A DNA stretch of 53,721 bases, from NCBI GenBank assembly GCA_043427135.1, contig JBHWSH010000402.1, positions 1-53,721 of the forward strand, written 5' to 3'. The notes under the pieces are model-generated. The model did not search any database and had not been told where the DNA came from. It saw nothing but the letters and a program-made list of their open reading frames with translations. Source of the DNA: Marmoricola sp. Its GTDB lineage: Bacteria; Actinomycetota; Actinomycetes; Propionibacteriales; Nocardioidaceae. The stretch's first letter is position 1. The number at the start of each line of letters is the position of its first letter. Below are positions 19,506-29,334 of this stretch, one piece after another. Both the position numbers and the translations under genes were made by a program.

Positions 19506-19793
19506 GTGGCAGAACCCGAGCGCACACCGGACGGCCGCTACATCGTGGTCGACGGGCGACGCTGGCGGGCCGCCGATCCGGCCATCCCCGAGGACCGTCG
19601 CGACGAGCTCACCAAGATCCTGATGGCGTGGCGTCGAGAGGTACGCCGCGCAAAGGGCACGCCCGACGAGAAGGCCGCGCGTGCCGGCGTCCACGCGACC
19701 AAGATCGCGCTGGGTGAGCGAGGCACGCCCTGGTGGGAACAGCCCGACGACGAGCGCCGCGCGCGGTGGAGCGCCGACGTGCGGGGACCTTGA
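19506..19793 (+). CDS. Conserved small actinobacterial hypothetical protein, copy 1
   Basis: TPDGRYIVVDGRRWRA.DP...KIALGERGTPWWE; paralogue at 46668. Confidence 0.75.
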   Translation: MAEPERTPDGRYIVVDGRRWRAADPAIPEDRRDELTKILMAWRREVRRAKGTPDEKAARAGVHATKIALGERGTPWWEQPDDERRARWSADVRGP

Positions 19794-19833
19794 TTTCGAG
19801 ACGGCCTCCTTCGTCGGCCTCCTCAATCAGCGG
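19792..19833 (-). repeat. Repeat family B copy between convergent genes
   Basis: Reverse complement reads CCGCTGATTGAGGAGGCCGACGAAGGAGGCCGTCTCGAAATC. Confidence 0.75.
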
Positions 19834-19835
19834 AG

Positions 19836-20426
19836 TCAGGCCTGGGACAGCACGGCGACGAGGAAGTCCGAGTCTTCGCGGAACGGTCGCAGATCCCAGG
19901 TGGACAGCAGTACGTCGGGCGCGAGCCCGGCTGCGCGCGCGTCGTCGAGGAAGTCGTCGAACGAGTAGCCGCGTCCGACACCGAACCCGACGACCAGCCG
20001 GCCGTCGACGGCCAGGTGACCCGCAAGGCGGCGCAGCGCCTCCCGCCGGTCCGCGGGATCGACGAACGTGATCACGTTGCCCGCGGACACGATCACATCG
20101 AAGCGGTCGGGCAAGTCGAGCTGGGCGAGGTCGCCGACCAGCCACCGCGGCCCGGGGTAGTCCTCCTCGGCCGCGGCGACGAGCACCGGGTCGAGGTCGA
20201 CGCCGACCACGTCGTGTCCGACTCGAGCGAGATGACCGCCTACGCGACCGCTGCCGCAGCCGGCGTCGAGGATGCGGGCGCCGCGCGGCACCATGGCGTC
20301 GATCATTCGCGCCTCCCCAGCCAGATCGGCACCGTCGGCTGCCAGCGCGCGGAACCGGTCGACGTACCACTGCGAGTGGTCGGGGTTGTCCGCGATGATC
20401 TCTGCCCAGGAGCGCTGCTCGGTCAT
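19836..20426 (-). CDS. Class I SAM-dependent methyltransferase
   Basis: ILDAGCGSGR, VGVDLD, FDVIVSAGNV. Confidence 0.9.
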   Translation of the reverse strand: MTEQRSWAEIIADNPDHSQWYVDRFRALAADGADLAGEARMIDAMVPRGARILDAGCGSGRVGGHLARVGHDVVGVDLDPVLVAAAEEDYPGPRWLVGDLAQLDLPDRFDVIVSAGNVITFVDPADRREALRRLAGHLAVDGRLVVGFGVGRGYSFDDFLDDARAAGLAPDVLLSTWDLRPFREDSDFLVAVLSQA

Positions 20427-20483
20427 GCTCCGACCCTAGCCACGGAACCGCTACCGCTCATCGCCGCAACCGGGGGTGACGAA

Positions 20484-20551
20484 CCGTCCACGTGGACGAG
20501 ATTCCACCCGCGTCCGAGCTCACGGGCGTCGATTGCCGTCCACATGGACGG
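20484..20551. repeat. 68-bp double-palindrome element (family D), copy 2
   Basis: CCGTCCACGTGGACG-AGATTC...CCGTCCACATGGACGG; same length as copy 1. Confidence 0.8.
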
Positions 20552-20656
20552 GTTGCGCCGCGTCCCGGGCTCCGCGAGCGGCGAGGTTGCGCGGCGTCGA
20601 AGAAGGCGATCGCCGACCCGGTGTACTCCCGCTCGGCTCAGGACTAGGCTTGACGC

Positions 20657-20881
20657 GTGTCCATCCAGCGCATCACTGTCGACCCGGCACGGATGGCCGG
20701 TGCGCCGACGATCCGTGACACCCGTGTCACGGTCACAGCCGTACTCGGCCAGCTTGCTGCGGGCAGGACGTACGACGAGATCCTCGCGGACTACCCCTAC
20801 CTTGAGCGGGAGGACATCGTTGCCGCGCTTGAGTTCGCAACCGCATCGATCGAGCGCGGACTTCCCATCACCGCAGCATGA
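20657..20881 (+). CDS. DUF433 antitoxin
   Basis: RITVDPARMAGAPTIRDTRVTV...EILADYPYL..EDI.AAL. Confidence 0.9.
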   Translation: MSIQRITVDPARMAGAPTIRDTRVTVTAVLGQLAAGRTYDEILADYPYLEREDIVAALEFATASIERGLPITAA

Positions 20882-21124
20882 AACTGCTGCTCGACGCCAA
20901 CTTATCCCCGGTCATGTGCAGGCAGTTGAGGACGGAGGGCATCGAGGTCTCGCACGTTTACGACCGCGATCTCGGGACAGCCACCGACGAGGCCATCGCC
21001 GCTTTTTGCTGCAGGGATCGGCTACGTGGTCGTTTCCGCTATGGAGCCGGAACTTGAGGCTGGCGCGGTCGTGTCGCTCTCGCCGACGCACCTGCGCACT
21101 CGTCGGCTTCCGATCGCACGGTGA
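20878..21124 (+). pseudogene. DUF5615/VapC45-like PIN toxin, frameshifted and internally deleted
   Basis: MKLLLDANLSP...SHV...TATDEAI; extra T in the T5 run at ~21003; YVVVSA joins directly to the C-terminal EAGAVV...RRLPI, so the DxDF segment is missing. Confidence 0.8.
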
Positions 21125-21183
21125 GTCATCGCCCGACCACCAGTCCGAGTGAAGATCGGAGCCCACCCCCTATCGTCACGCGC

Positions 21184-22098
21184 ATGACTCTGGAGCAGTG
21201 GCAGCGGCTGGACAGCCGGACGGTCTCCACCAACGGCATCGAGCTGCGAATCGTCGAGCACGGGGACGGGCCCGCGGTCGTGCTGTGCCACGGCTTCCCC
21301 GAGCTCGGCTTCTCGTGGCGCCATCAAGTTTCGGCGCTCGCCGAGGCCGGCTACCGGGTGATCGTCCCCGACATGCGCGGGTACGGCGGCAGCAGTCGTC
21401 CCGAGCGCATCGAGGAGTACGACGTCCTCAACCTATGCGGGGACCTGGTCGGTCTGCTCGATGCGCTCGACCTGGGCGATGCGGTTTTCGTGGGCCACGA
21501 CTGGGGCGCCTCGGTCGTCTGGCAGCTCGCTCTGCTGCATCCGGAACGGGTTCGTGCCGTCGCCGGTCTCAGTGTCCCCGCGACGCGTCGCAGCCCGGTG
21601 CCGCCGATGCAGATCCTGCGCTCGCGGCTCGGTGACGACTTCTACATGGTCTGGTTCCAAGAGCCGGGTGTGGCCGACGCCGTGCTGGGCGACGACGTAC
21701 GACGCGCGCTGACCACCGATGCGCTGTCGCTCGCGGCGGCGGACGCCGAGCCGGTCGACCTCGCCGCCAGCCGTCCCTGGTGGGGGCCGGAGGAGTTCGA
21801 GCACTACGTCGCGACGTTCGAGGAGACCGGATTCACCGGCGGCCTGAACTACTACCGCAACATGGACCGCAACTGGGAGCTCACCGAGCATCTCGAGTGG
21901 CGCCGGATCACCCAGCCGGCGATGTACCTCACGGGGTCTGAGGACCCGGTGGCGATGTTCACCCCGACGACCTGGATGGAGAAGCTCTGCACCGACCTGC
22001 GGCAGATGGTCGTCGTACCGGGTGCCGGTCACTGGATCCAGCAGGAGCGGCCGGACGAGGTCACCCAGGCGTTGCTGGAGTTCCTCGCCGGGCTGTGA
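21184..22098 (+). CDS. Epoxide hydrolase-like alpha/beta hydrolase
   Basis: [31 protein letters not shown]. Confidence 0.92.
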   Translation: MTLEQWQRLDSRTVSTNGIELRIVEHGDGPAVVLCHGFPELGFSWRHQVSALAEAGYRVIVPDMRGYGGSSRPERIEEYDVLNLCGDLVGLLDALDLGDAVFVGHDWGASVVWQLALLHPERVRAVAGLSVPATRRSPVPPMQILRSRLGDDFYMVWFQEPGVADAVLGDDVRRALTTDALSLAAADAEPVDLAASRPWWGPEEFEHYVATFEETGFTGGLNYYRNMDRNWELTEHLEWRRITQPAMYLTGSEDPVAMFTPTTWMEKLCTDLRQMVVVPGAGHWIQQERPDEVTQALLEFLAGL

Positions 22099-22099
22099 A

Positions 22100-22456
22100 G
22101 CGCTGCGGCGCCAGCGGACAGCACGGAGTGGCGGCTCTCGAAGCTCTGGTCGCCCGTCATCGCGCCGCGGAGATCGATGCGAGCTACGCCGCCTATGACG
22201 AACACGCGCTCGACACACCCGACGAGTGGGGAGACCTGGCCTCCTTCAGGCGGGCTGCGTCAGCCTCATGAACGGACGGCCGGCCCGGGGCGAGCTGTGG
22301 TGGTGCGAGATAGCCGAGATCCGCCGACGACCCGTCGTGGTGTTGTCCCGTGACGCGGCCATGGCCCTGCTCGTTGCGCGACTCGGTCGCTTGGCGGATT
22401 CCCGCGCGCAGGAGATCTGCCATGCCCTGGGCGTGGCGGTCGACTGTCGCTCCTGA
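22100..22456 (+). pseudogene. Decayed MazE5/MazF5-like TA pair
   Basis: Antitoxin C-terminus [14 protein letters not shown]...PDEWGDLAS without its N-terminus; toxin 22268..22456 PARGELWWCE...RPVVVLSRDAA joined to LGRL...IC.AL.VAVDC with the central part deleted. Confidence 0.8.
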
Positions 22457-22490
22457 GACCCGTCGCCACTGACCCGTCGCCACTGGGACC

Positions 22491-22529
22491 CCGGAGCCTG
22501 TGACCCACCTGGTGGATCACAGACTCCGG
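22491..22529. repeat. Palindromic repeat family A, copy 3
   Basis: CCGGAGCCTGTGACCCACCTGGTGGATCACAGACTCCGG. Confidence 0.85.
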
Positions 22530-22565
22530 AGTCCGGGCATGGTGTGACGGCGGGATACTCGGCGG

Positions 22566-22862
22566 GTGGACGACCTGGACATCGAGTTCGAAGGACCGGT
22601 CATCGAGTGGCGCGGCCCGGCGCCGTACTACTTCGTCGACGTCCCTGCCGAACCGAGCGAGGACATCAAGTTCGCCGCGCATGGCATCGAGTACTGGGGG
22701 CAGGTGCCGGTCGTCGTCCGCATCGACGACACGGACTTCACCACCGCGTTGTTCCCCAAGGCCGGCCGCTACCTGTTGCCATTGAAGGACAGCGTTCGCA
22801 AGCCGCTGAGCGTCGAGCTCGGTCAGGTGCTGTACGTCGCGCTGCGGGTCGGGCGGCGCTAG
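22566..22862 (+). CDS. DUF1905 domain protein
   Basis: WRGPAPYYFV, WGQVPV, FTTALFPK..YLLPLK. Confidence 0.85.
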   Translation: MDDLDIEFEGPVIEWRGPAPYYFVDVPAEPSEDIKFAAHGIEYWGQVPVVVRIDDTDFTTALFPKAGRYLLPLKDSVRKPLSVELGQVLYVALRVGRR

Positions 22863-22889
22863 CGCAGCAGGCCCGGCGATCAGCGGCGC

Positions 22890-22964
22890 CCCGGCGGTCG
22901 AGCTTGTCGAGACCCCGGTGATCTCGACAGGCTCGATCAGCGGGGACAGGCTCGATCAGCGGGG
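22890..22964. repeat. Repeat family C cluster (CGGTCGAGCTTGTCGAGACC / GACAGGCTCGATCAGCGG)
   Basis: Inverted pair plus tandem GACAGGCTCGATCAGCGGG between convergent genes. Confidence 0.75.
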
Positions 22965-22986
22965 TCAGGCGTAACGACGCCGGCGG

Positions 22987-23784
22987 TCAGGACTTCTTGG
23001 CCGTCGTACGACGCGCGGCGGTCTTCTTCGCAGTCGCCTTGGGCTTCTCCCGCACCCGCACGCTCTGCCCCGATGTGCGCTTGACCTCGAAGAGCTCGAT
23101 CGCCCCGACGAGGTCGACAAGCTTGCCGTAGCCCCAGTTGCGCGAGTCGAAGTCCGGTGCCTGCTTGGCGACGTAGCTGCCGACGCCGCCGAGGTTCGCC
23201 CAGCCGTCGTCGTCCGAGGCGGCGTCGATCCCGTCGCGCAGCAGCCTGACGAGCTTCGCGTCCTGCGCAAGCTCACGACTGCTCTTGCGGGCCGGGGCCG
23301 GCGCGACGTTCTCGCCCTCGGTCTCCTTCGGCTTGTCCCGGTCGCGCAACACGTCGAGGTAGATGAACCGGTCGACTGCCGCCACCAGCGACTTCGGCGT
23401 CTTCGGCTCGCCGAACCCGTAGACGATCTTCCCCGACTCGCGCAGCCGCCCGGCCAGGCGCGTGAAGTCGCTGTCCGACGACACGATGCAGAAGCCGTCG
23501 ACGTTGCCGGTGTAGAGCAGGTCCATCGCGTCGATGATCAGCGCGCTGTCGGTGGCGTTCTTGCCGCTGGTGTAGGCGAACTGCTGGATCGGCTGGATGG
23601 CGTGCGCGTTGATGACGTCCTTCCAGCCACGCAGGTTCGGCGTCGTCCAGTCGCCGTAGGCGCGTTTGACCGATGCGATGCCGTACTTCGCGATCTCCGC
23701 GAGCAGCGCCTCGATGATCGTCGGTGTGGTGTTGTCGCCGTCGATGAGGACGGCGAGCCTGGGGGAGTCGGGTGCGAGCGCCAT
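22987..23784 (-). CDS. NYN domain protein with OST-HTH/LOTUS C-terminus
   Basis: LAVLIDGDN, RAYGDW, GKNATD..L.IDAMD, VSSDSDF, PDFDSRNWG. Confidence 0.92.
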   Translation of the reverse strand: MALAPDSPRLAVLIDGDNTTPTIIEALLAEIAKYGIASVKRAYGDWTTPNLRGWKDVINAHAIQPIQQFAYTSGKNATDSALIIDAMDLLYTGNVDGFCIVSSDSDFTRLAGRLRESGKIVYGFGEPKTPKSLVAAVDRFIYLDVLRDRDKPKETEGENVAPAPARKSSRELAQDAKLVRLLRDGIDAASDDDGWANLGGVGSYVAKQAPDFDSRNWGYGKLVDLVGAIELFEVKRTSGQSVRVREKPKATAKKTAARRTTAKKS

Positions 23785-23815
23785 GCTGGCGAGCGTATGC
23801 CGCCGGGCCGTACGC

Positions 23816-24410
23816 TCAGCGGGGACGACCGGCCTGCACGAGCCCGGTCTCGTAGGCCAGCACTGCCGCCTGCACGCGATCGCGCACGCCCAGCTTGGTG
23901 AAGAGTCGCGACACGTAGGTCTTCACGGTCGCCTCGCTCAAGAACAGCTCAGCGCCGATGTCGGTGTTGGACAGCCCTTTGGCCAGCAGCCGAGCGACGG
24001 CCAGCTCACGCTCCGTCAAGGTCGACCACACCTCCGGCAACCGGCCGGGCGGCGGCGCCCCGACGAAACGCTCGAGCAGCCGCCGCGTCAGCGCTGGGTC
24101 GAGCATCGCCTCACCACGCTCGACCACCCGCACGGCGTGGATCAGGTCGTCGGGAGGCACGTCCTTGAGCAGAAACCCGGACGCCCCTGCCTGCACGGCG
24201 GCGTAGACGTACTCGTCGAGGTGGAACGTCGTCAGCGCCAGCACCTTCGTCTCTGGATGCTCGGCGAGCAATCGGCGGGTGGCTTCGATCCCGTCCATCC
24301 GCGGCATCCGCACGTCCATGAGTACGACGCCCGGCTGGGTCGCCGCCGCCTGCTCGAGCGCCTCGACGCCGTCGCCGGCCTCGCCGACGACGTCCATGCC
24401 GGCCCGCTGC
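23816..24410 (-). pseudogene. NarL/LuxR response regulator missing its first ~20 residues
   Basis: VVGEAGDG...VLMDVRMP...GFLLKD...LTERE...SEATVKT; no beta1/DD motif; fused out of frame to the kinase. Confidence 0.85.
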
Positions 24411-25275
24411 GCTCCTGCCCGTGCACGGTCACCTCGACGGACAACCCCTGTGATCCCGACTCGATCAGCGCCGCCAGCTGGTCCATGCCCGGCTGCGGCG
24501 TGAGGGCCCCGGCCTCCTCGGCGTCGCGCAGCACGGCGACCACGCGGCGCATCTCGGCGAGCGCATCGGTGCCGGTGGTCCGGATGGTGTGCAGGGCGGC
24601 ACGCACGTGCTCGGGGTCGTCGTCGACGACCTGCTCGGCGGCTCCGGCCTGCACGACCATCATGCTGACCGAGTGCGCCACCACGTCGTGCAGCTCGCGG
24701 GCGATCCGGGTGCGCTCCTCGACCACCGCGGCCATCGCCTGCTCGGCGCTGGCCACCTCCACCTCGATCGCCCGCCGCAGCGACTCCGCCGCCTTGCGCT
24801 CGGCGACGTGCAGCCAGCGGCCCATCGACCAGGCGATCGTGAACACCAGCCAGTGGAAGATGATCTCGCCGGGGGTCTGCAGCAGCTCGACCCGCAGGTC
24901 CATGTAGAGCAGCGTCGCCGCACCGGCCAGCGCGCCGTACGCGCCCTCGCGGCCCCGGCCGTGTCGGGCCACCGAGAACACCGCGACCACCATCGGTGCG
25001 AACTGCCCCCAGAACAGCACCGGCAGCTCGACGACGGCGAACACCAGAGGCCACGTCCACAGCACGACCAGCGCCGAGTGCAGCGGCGCGATCCGGCGCA
25101 GCACGAGCGGCAACGTCACCAGGACCACGACGAGGGTCGCGACCACGCGCGACCCGTCGCCCTGCAGCGAGCTGAACGGCACCCACAGCTCCGCCAGACC
25201 CACGATCGCCAACCCCGCGGCGAGCAGCACGTCGCCCCACAGGCGCGCGCGGCCACCGGTCCTGGGGGTGCTCAT
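24410..25275 (-). pseudogene. Sensor histidine kinase (HisKA_3) truncated before the HATPase domain
   Basis: TM helices, ERTRIARELHDVVAH, ALAEMRR; ends at VHGQER with no N/G boxes. Confidence 0.85.
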
Positions 25276-25383
25276 CGCCTCACGATAGGGCGCCTCGGCG
25301 TGTGCCGGAATCATCCTGAAGTTGACACCTCTGTCGACCGCGGGCCGATGACCGACGACCCGCGGCGCCGCAACGGTGAGGGC

Positions 25384-26079
25384 ATGAAGAACACCGCCGC
25401 TTTCCGCAGAGTCGTCGCCGCCGCGGGGCTCGTCCTGACCGCACTCATGATGGTCGGCTCGACCATCTTCGCCCCCGAGTTCCCCGCCGACCGCGCCGAC
25501 CAGCTGGCCGCGATCGCCGAGGGCGGGAGCCTCGCCACCACCTCGGCGTTCCTGTTCGTGCTCGCCCAGCTGCCGTTCGTCGCGGCGGTGCTCGGCATCG
25601 GGCACCTGCTGCGCGCCCGGTCGCCGCGCCTGTCCAACATCGGCACGACGCTCGCGCTCGTCGGCGCCTTCGGGCACAGCTTCTACGGCGGGATCACGAT
25701 GGCCCAGGTCGCCATGGCTGCCGACGAACCGAACCGGGCAGTGCACGTCGCCGTCCTCGACCAGGTCGAGTCCGAGCCTGTGGTGGCGTTCATTGCGATG
25801 GGCCTGCTCGGCACCGTCCTCGGCATCCTGCTGCTGTCGCTCGGGGTGTTCCGGGCAGGGGTCGGGCCGCGGTGGGTGGGGCCGGCGTTGTGGGCGTTCC
25901 TGATCGTGGAGTTCGCCGGGCAGGGCCTCACCGAGTGGGCCTCGCACGTCGCCGTCGTGCTGTACGTCGCGGCGTTCGTCGGGCTCGCCGTGACGGTGTG
26001 GCGCAGCTCTGACCGGTCGTGGACCGTGGCCGGTGACGACGCGGTCACCGCCGCCCCGCCGCGCGAGGCCTTCGCCTGA
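25384..26079 (+). CDS. Multi-pass membrane protein, divergent from and probably regulated by the two-component pair
   Basis: About 6 hydrophobic helices, GAGG RBS. Confidence 0.7.
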   Translation: MKNTAAFRRVVAAAGLVLTALMMVGSTIFAPEFPADRADQLAAIAEGGSLATTSAFLFVLAQLPFVAAVLGIGHLLRARSPRLSNIGTTLALVGAFGHSFYGGITMAQVAMAADEPNRAVHVAVLDQVESEPVVAFIAMGLLGTVLGILLLSLGVFRAGVGPRWVGPALWAFLIVEFAGQGLTEWASHVAVVLYVAAFVGLAVTVWRSSDRSWTVAGDDAVTAAPPREAFA

Positions 26080-26081
26080 GC

Positions 26082-26128
26082 GACTGCGGAGTCTGTGGTC
26101 CACCAGGTGGATCACACACTCCGCAGTC
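26082..26128. repeat. Palindromic repeat family A, copy 4
   Basis: GACTGCGGAGTCTGTGGTCCACCAGGTGGATCACACACTCCGCAGTC. Confidence 0.85.
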
Positions 26129-26208
26129 CCGGCGTCGAGCAGGGTTGAGCCCGTTCGCGGACGAGCAAACTCCCGGCGGAGCACGATGCCAGGAAAAGGA
26201 GCTCGTCC

Positions 26209-26646
26209 ATGTCCGTCACAGGCGACTACGCCCCCAGCCCCCGCGACTTCGTCCGCGACCAGGTCGAGCTCTTCGAGCGCACCGACGGCGCCGAGGGCAA
26301 CACCATGCAGGGACTGCCGATCATCGTGCTGACCACCGTCGGCGCCAAGTCCGGCAAGATCCGCAAGACGCCGCTGATGCGCGTCGAGCACGACGGCCGC
26401 TACCTCGTCGTCGCCTCGCAGGGCGGCGCCCCGACACACCCGAACTGGTACTACAACCTCATCGCCGACCCGCATGTCGCGCTGCAGGACGGCCCCGACC
26501 GTCGCGACTACGTCGCCCGCGAGCTCGACGGCGCCGAGCGGGACGAGTGGTGGGCGCGGGCGGTCGAGGCGTTCCCGCCGTACGCCGACTACCAGCGCAA
26601 GACCGACCGGCGCATCCCGATCTTCCTGCTCGAGCCGGCCGACTGA
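26209..26646 (+). CDS. F420-dependent (Ddn-like) nitroreductase family oxidoreductase
   Basis: LTTVGAKSGK.RKTPL, VASQGG.PTHP.WY.NL, YQ.KT.R.IP. Confidence 0.92.
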   Translation: MSVTGDYAPSPRDFVRDQVELFERTDGAEGNTMQGLPIIVLTTVGAKSGKIRKTPLMRVEHDGRYLVVASQGGAPTHPNWYYNLIADPHVALQDGPDRRDYVARELDGAERDEWWARAVEAFPPYADYQRKTDRRIPIFLLEPAD

Positions 26647-26651
26647 GCCGC

Positions 26652-27782
26652 ATGCCCGTCGAGTACCACGGCTCCCCGCGACCGACCATCGGCATCGAAT
26701 GGGAGCTCGCCCTGGTCGACAAGACCACCCGCGACCTGGCCAACGTCGCCGCCGACCTCTTCGACGCCGTCCAGGGCGACGCCGAGCCGCAGGTCGATGA
26801 GACCAAACTGCACAAGGAGCTGCTGCGCAACACGATCGAGATCGTCACCGGCATCTGCGAGTCGGTGCCGGAGGCGATCGCCGACCTGGCCGGCACCGCG
26901 CGGACCGTCCGGCCGTACGCCGACGCGCTGGGTGTCGACCTCTACTCCGCCGGCACGCATCCGTTCGCCGAGTGGACCGACCAGCAGCTCACCCCGGGCC
27001 ACCGCTACGAGGAGCTGATCTCGCGCACCCAGTGGTGGGGCCGGCAGATGCTGATCTGGGGCCTGCACGTGCACGTGGGGGTACGCCGCCGCGACCACGT
27101 GCTGCCGATCGTCACCTCGATGCTCAACTGGTTCCCGCACCTGCAGGCGTTGAGCGCCTCGTCGCCGATGTGGGCCGGCACCGACACCGGCTACGCCAGC
27201 AACCGGGCGATGATGTTCCAGCAGCTGCCGACCGCCGGGCTGCCGTTCCAGTTCCAAACCTGGGCGGAGTACGAGTCCTTCGTCGCCGACCAGCTGCACA
27301 CCGGGGTCATCGACGACATCTCCGAGATCCGCTGGGACGTCCGGCCGGCACCCCGGCTGGGCACCGTGGAGATCCGGATCTGCGACGGCGTCTCGACAAT
27401 GCGCGAGATGGGTGCGCTGGCGGCGCTGACCCAGTGCCTCGTCGTCGACCTCGACCGCCGGCTCGAGGCCGGGGAGACGCTGCCGTCGATGCCGCCGTGG
27501 CATGTCCAGGAGAACAAGTGGCGGGCGGCCCGCTACGGCCTGGACGCCGAGATCATCCTCGACGCGCACGGGAAGGAGCGGCTCGTCACCGACGACCTCG
27601 ACGAGCTGCTCGACCGGCTCTTGCCGCTGGCCCGCGAGCTCGGTTGTTCGGATGAGCTGGCCGCGGTGGCCGACATCCCGGCCCGCGGCGCGTCGTACCA
27701 GCGGCAACGCGAGGTCGCCCTGCGTTCCGGCGGCGACCTGGTCGCCGTCGTCGACTCGGTCGTGTCCGAGCTCGAGCTCTGA
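26652..27782 (+). CDS. Glutamate--cysteine ligase family 2 (YbdK-like carboxylate-amine ligase)
   Basis: TIGIEWE, AGTHPF, GLHVHVG, WDVRP, TVEIR.CD, ENKWRAARYG. Confidence 0.92.
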   Translation: MPVEYHGSPRPTIGIEWELALVDKTTRDLANVAADLFDAVQGDAEPQVDETKLHKELLRNTIEIVTGICESVPEAIADLAGTARTVRPYADALGVDLYSAGTHPFAEWTDQQLTPGHRYEELISRTQWWGRQMLIWGLHVHVGVRRRDHVLPIVTSMLNWFPHLQALSASSPMWAGTDTGYASNRAMMFQQLPTAGLPFQFQTWAEYESFVADQLHTGVIDDISEIRWDVRPAPRLGTVEIRICDGVSTMREMGALAALTQCLVVDLDRRLEAGETLPSMPPWHVQENKWRAARYGLDAEIILDAHGKERLVTDDLDELLDRLLPLARELGCSDELAAVADIPARGASYQRQREVALRSGGDLVAVVDSVVSELEL

Positions 27783-27785
27783 CCT

Positions 27786-27852
27786 CCCCGGCGGTCGAGC
27801 TTGCCTGCTCGGAGGAGGGACCGCAGCGACCGTCTCGAAGGGTCGAGACCCC
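27786..27852 (+). repeat. Hybrid repeat: family B core nested in family C arms
   Basis: CGGTCGAGCTTG...GGAGGAGGG...CCGTCTCGAAGG-GTCGAGACC; inverted near-copy at 47568. Confidence 0.75.
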
Positions 27853-27872
27853 GGCGCCCCTCGCCCGACCCC

Positions 27873-28643
27873 TCACACGTGGCCGCTGAGCTGGGCGAGC
27901 CGGGTAGCGAGTGCGTCGACCATGGCGCCCGCCTGCTTGGCCGACACGGCCGCCTTGCGGTCGCCGCCTTGGCTCGACACCGGCAGCACGTCGATCGACA
28001 GCTTCGCTCCGCCGGCCAGCGCCCGCAGCGCGTCGACCTTGTCACCGAACGGCGTGCCGCTGCCGGGTGAGTAGTAACGCACCGCCTCGTCGATCTGGTC
28101 GGGGTACAGGTCGGCCTTGGTGACGGCGATGACCAGCCAGATCGGCCGGTCGCGGCGTACGGCCATCGACGCGATCCGGTGGGAGGTGATCGTCCAGTCC
28201 TCCAGCTCCGCGGCGAGCTGCTCTTCCCTGGTCGCGGTCGCCGAGCCGCTGGTGCCCGCCGTACGCCGCGGGGTCGCGTGGCCGTAGGCGACCACGTGCA
28301 CCACGCCATCGACGGGCTCGTCGTGGAACACCTCGTCCAGGGCGCTCAGCCGGGTGGCGGCGTTGTCGCCCGGCACCACCCGGAAGCGGAAGCCGTGCAG
28401 ACGGGCGGAGCGACGGGTGCGGCGCTCCATCACCGCCGAGCCGACCTCGGCCACCGTGTCGCCGCCCGTACGCCGGGTGAGCCGCTCGACGAGCTGGCTC
28501 TTGCCCACCCCGGTCATGCCGGTGACGGCGACCACCGGGAAGCGCCGGCGGAAGATCCGGCCGAGCCGTTCCGGCGCGGCAGCCAGGCCGGTCAGGACAC
28601 CGCCCACGACGGTGGCGCCGACGGCGGTGCGGCCCGACGACAT
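27873..28643 (-). CDS. P-loop GTPase-like protein
   Basis: GMTGVGKS (G1), TKAD (G4), PVSS (G5); G3 appears as VVPG. Confidence 0.7.
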   Translation of the reverse strand: MSSGRTAVGATVVGGVLTGLAAAPERLGRIFRRRFPVVAVTGMTGVGKSQLVERLTRRTGGDTVAEVGSAVMERRTRRSARLHGFRFRVVPGDNAATRLSALDEVFHDEPVDGVVHVVAYGHATPRRTAGTSGSATATREEQLAAELEDWTITSHRIASMAVRRDRPIWLVIAVTKADLYPDQIDEAVRYYSPGSGTPFGDKVDALRALAGGAKLSIDVLPVSSQGGDRKAAVSAKQAGAMVDALATRLAQLSGHV

Positions 28644-28771
28644 GGTCGGCCGAAGCCGGGACGGGGTGGTGGGCACGGAATCTCCTCCTCGGCTGCAGGC
28701 TGGTCGCACGCCGAGCCTACGGTCTGCGCGTGCTCGGCTCATGTCGGCGAGTGCGCTGGCACACTCGTCGG

Positions 28772-29179
28772 ATGAGGCACGCCCGGACCGCAGCCGGCGT
28801 ACTGCTGGCGCTCCTCGTCACGGCCGGATCGGTGCTCGCCGCGAAGGTGACCTTCCTGTTCGCAGCGTGCGGGACGTTCGACGACACCGGTGGCCCGTAC
28901 CCGGCTCGCGACTCGCCGCAGGGTCGCGTCTGCGTGCCGGCTCAGGACGACATCTTCACGCCGCAGGCGCTCGCCGACTGGGTCCTCGTCACCGCCGGGC
29001 TGCTGGCCGTCGTGCTGGCAGTGGCGGCGTGGCGAAGGGGCTGGCGGGCCCGGGCGCTCGGAGCGATGGGCGTCGTCGCCCTTCCGCTCGTCGCCGTCGC
29101 GGCGCTCGCGACGCCGTCGAACACCTGTACCGACGACGTACGCCGGGAGCCCGGCTCGGACTGCGCGACGGGCGGCTAG
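28772..29179 (+). CDS. Small membrane protein with paired cysteines
   Basis: Three hydrophobic segments. Confidence 0.55.
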   Translation: MRHARTAAGVLLALLVTAGSVLAAKVTFLFAACGTFDDTGGPYPARDSPQGRVCVPAQDDIFTPQALADWVLVTAGLLAVVLAVAAWRRGWRARALGAMGVVALPLVAVAALATPSNTCTDDVRREPGSDCATGG

Positions 29180-29334
29180 CCGGCGTGCTGCAGCAAGCGT
29201 GACCACCTCGAGGGGCGGAAGCAGCACGGCGTCGAGGCGATCGCGAATGACCTCCGCCAAGCGGGCCGCCGTGCTTGGGTGGAGGGGATGCCGGGGACCG
29301 TCCCGCATCCTGACGAAAACATGGGGGGAACGCA

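Noticed and set aside
22458..22486. 14-bp tandem duplication GACCCGTCGCCACT as a target-site duplication
   Set aside because: The copies are adjacent with no element between them, consistent with simple slippage.
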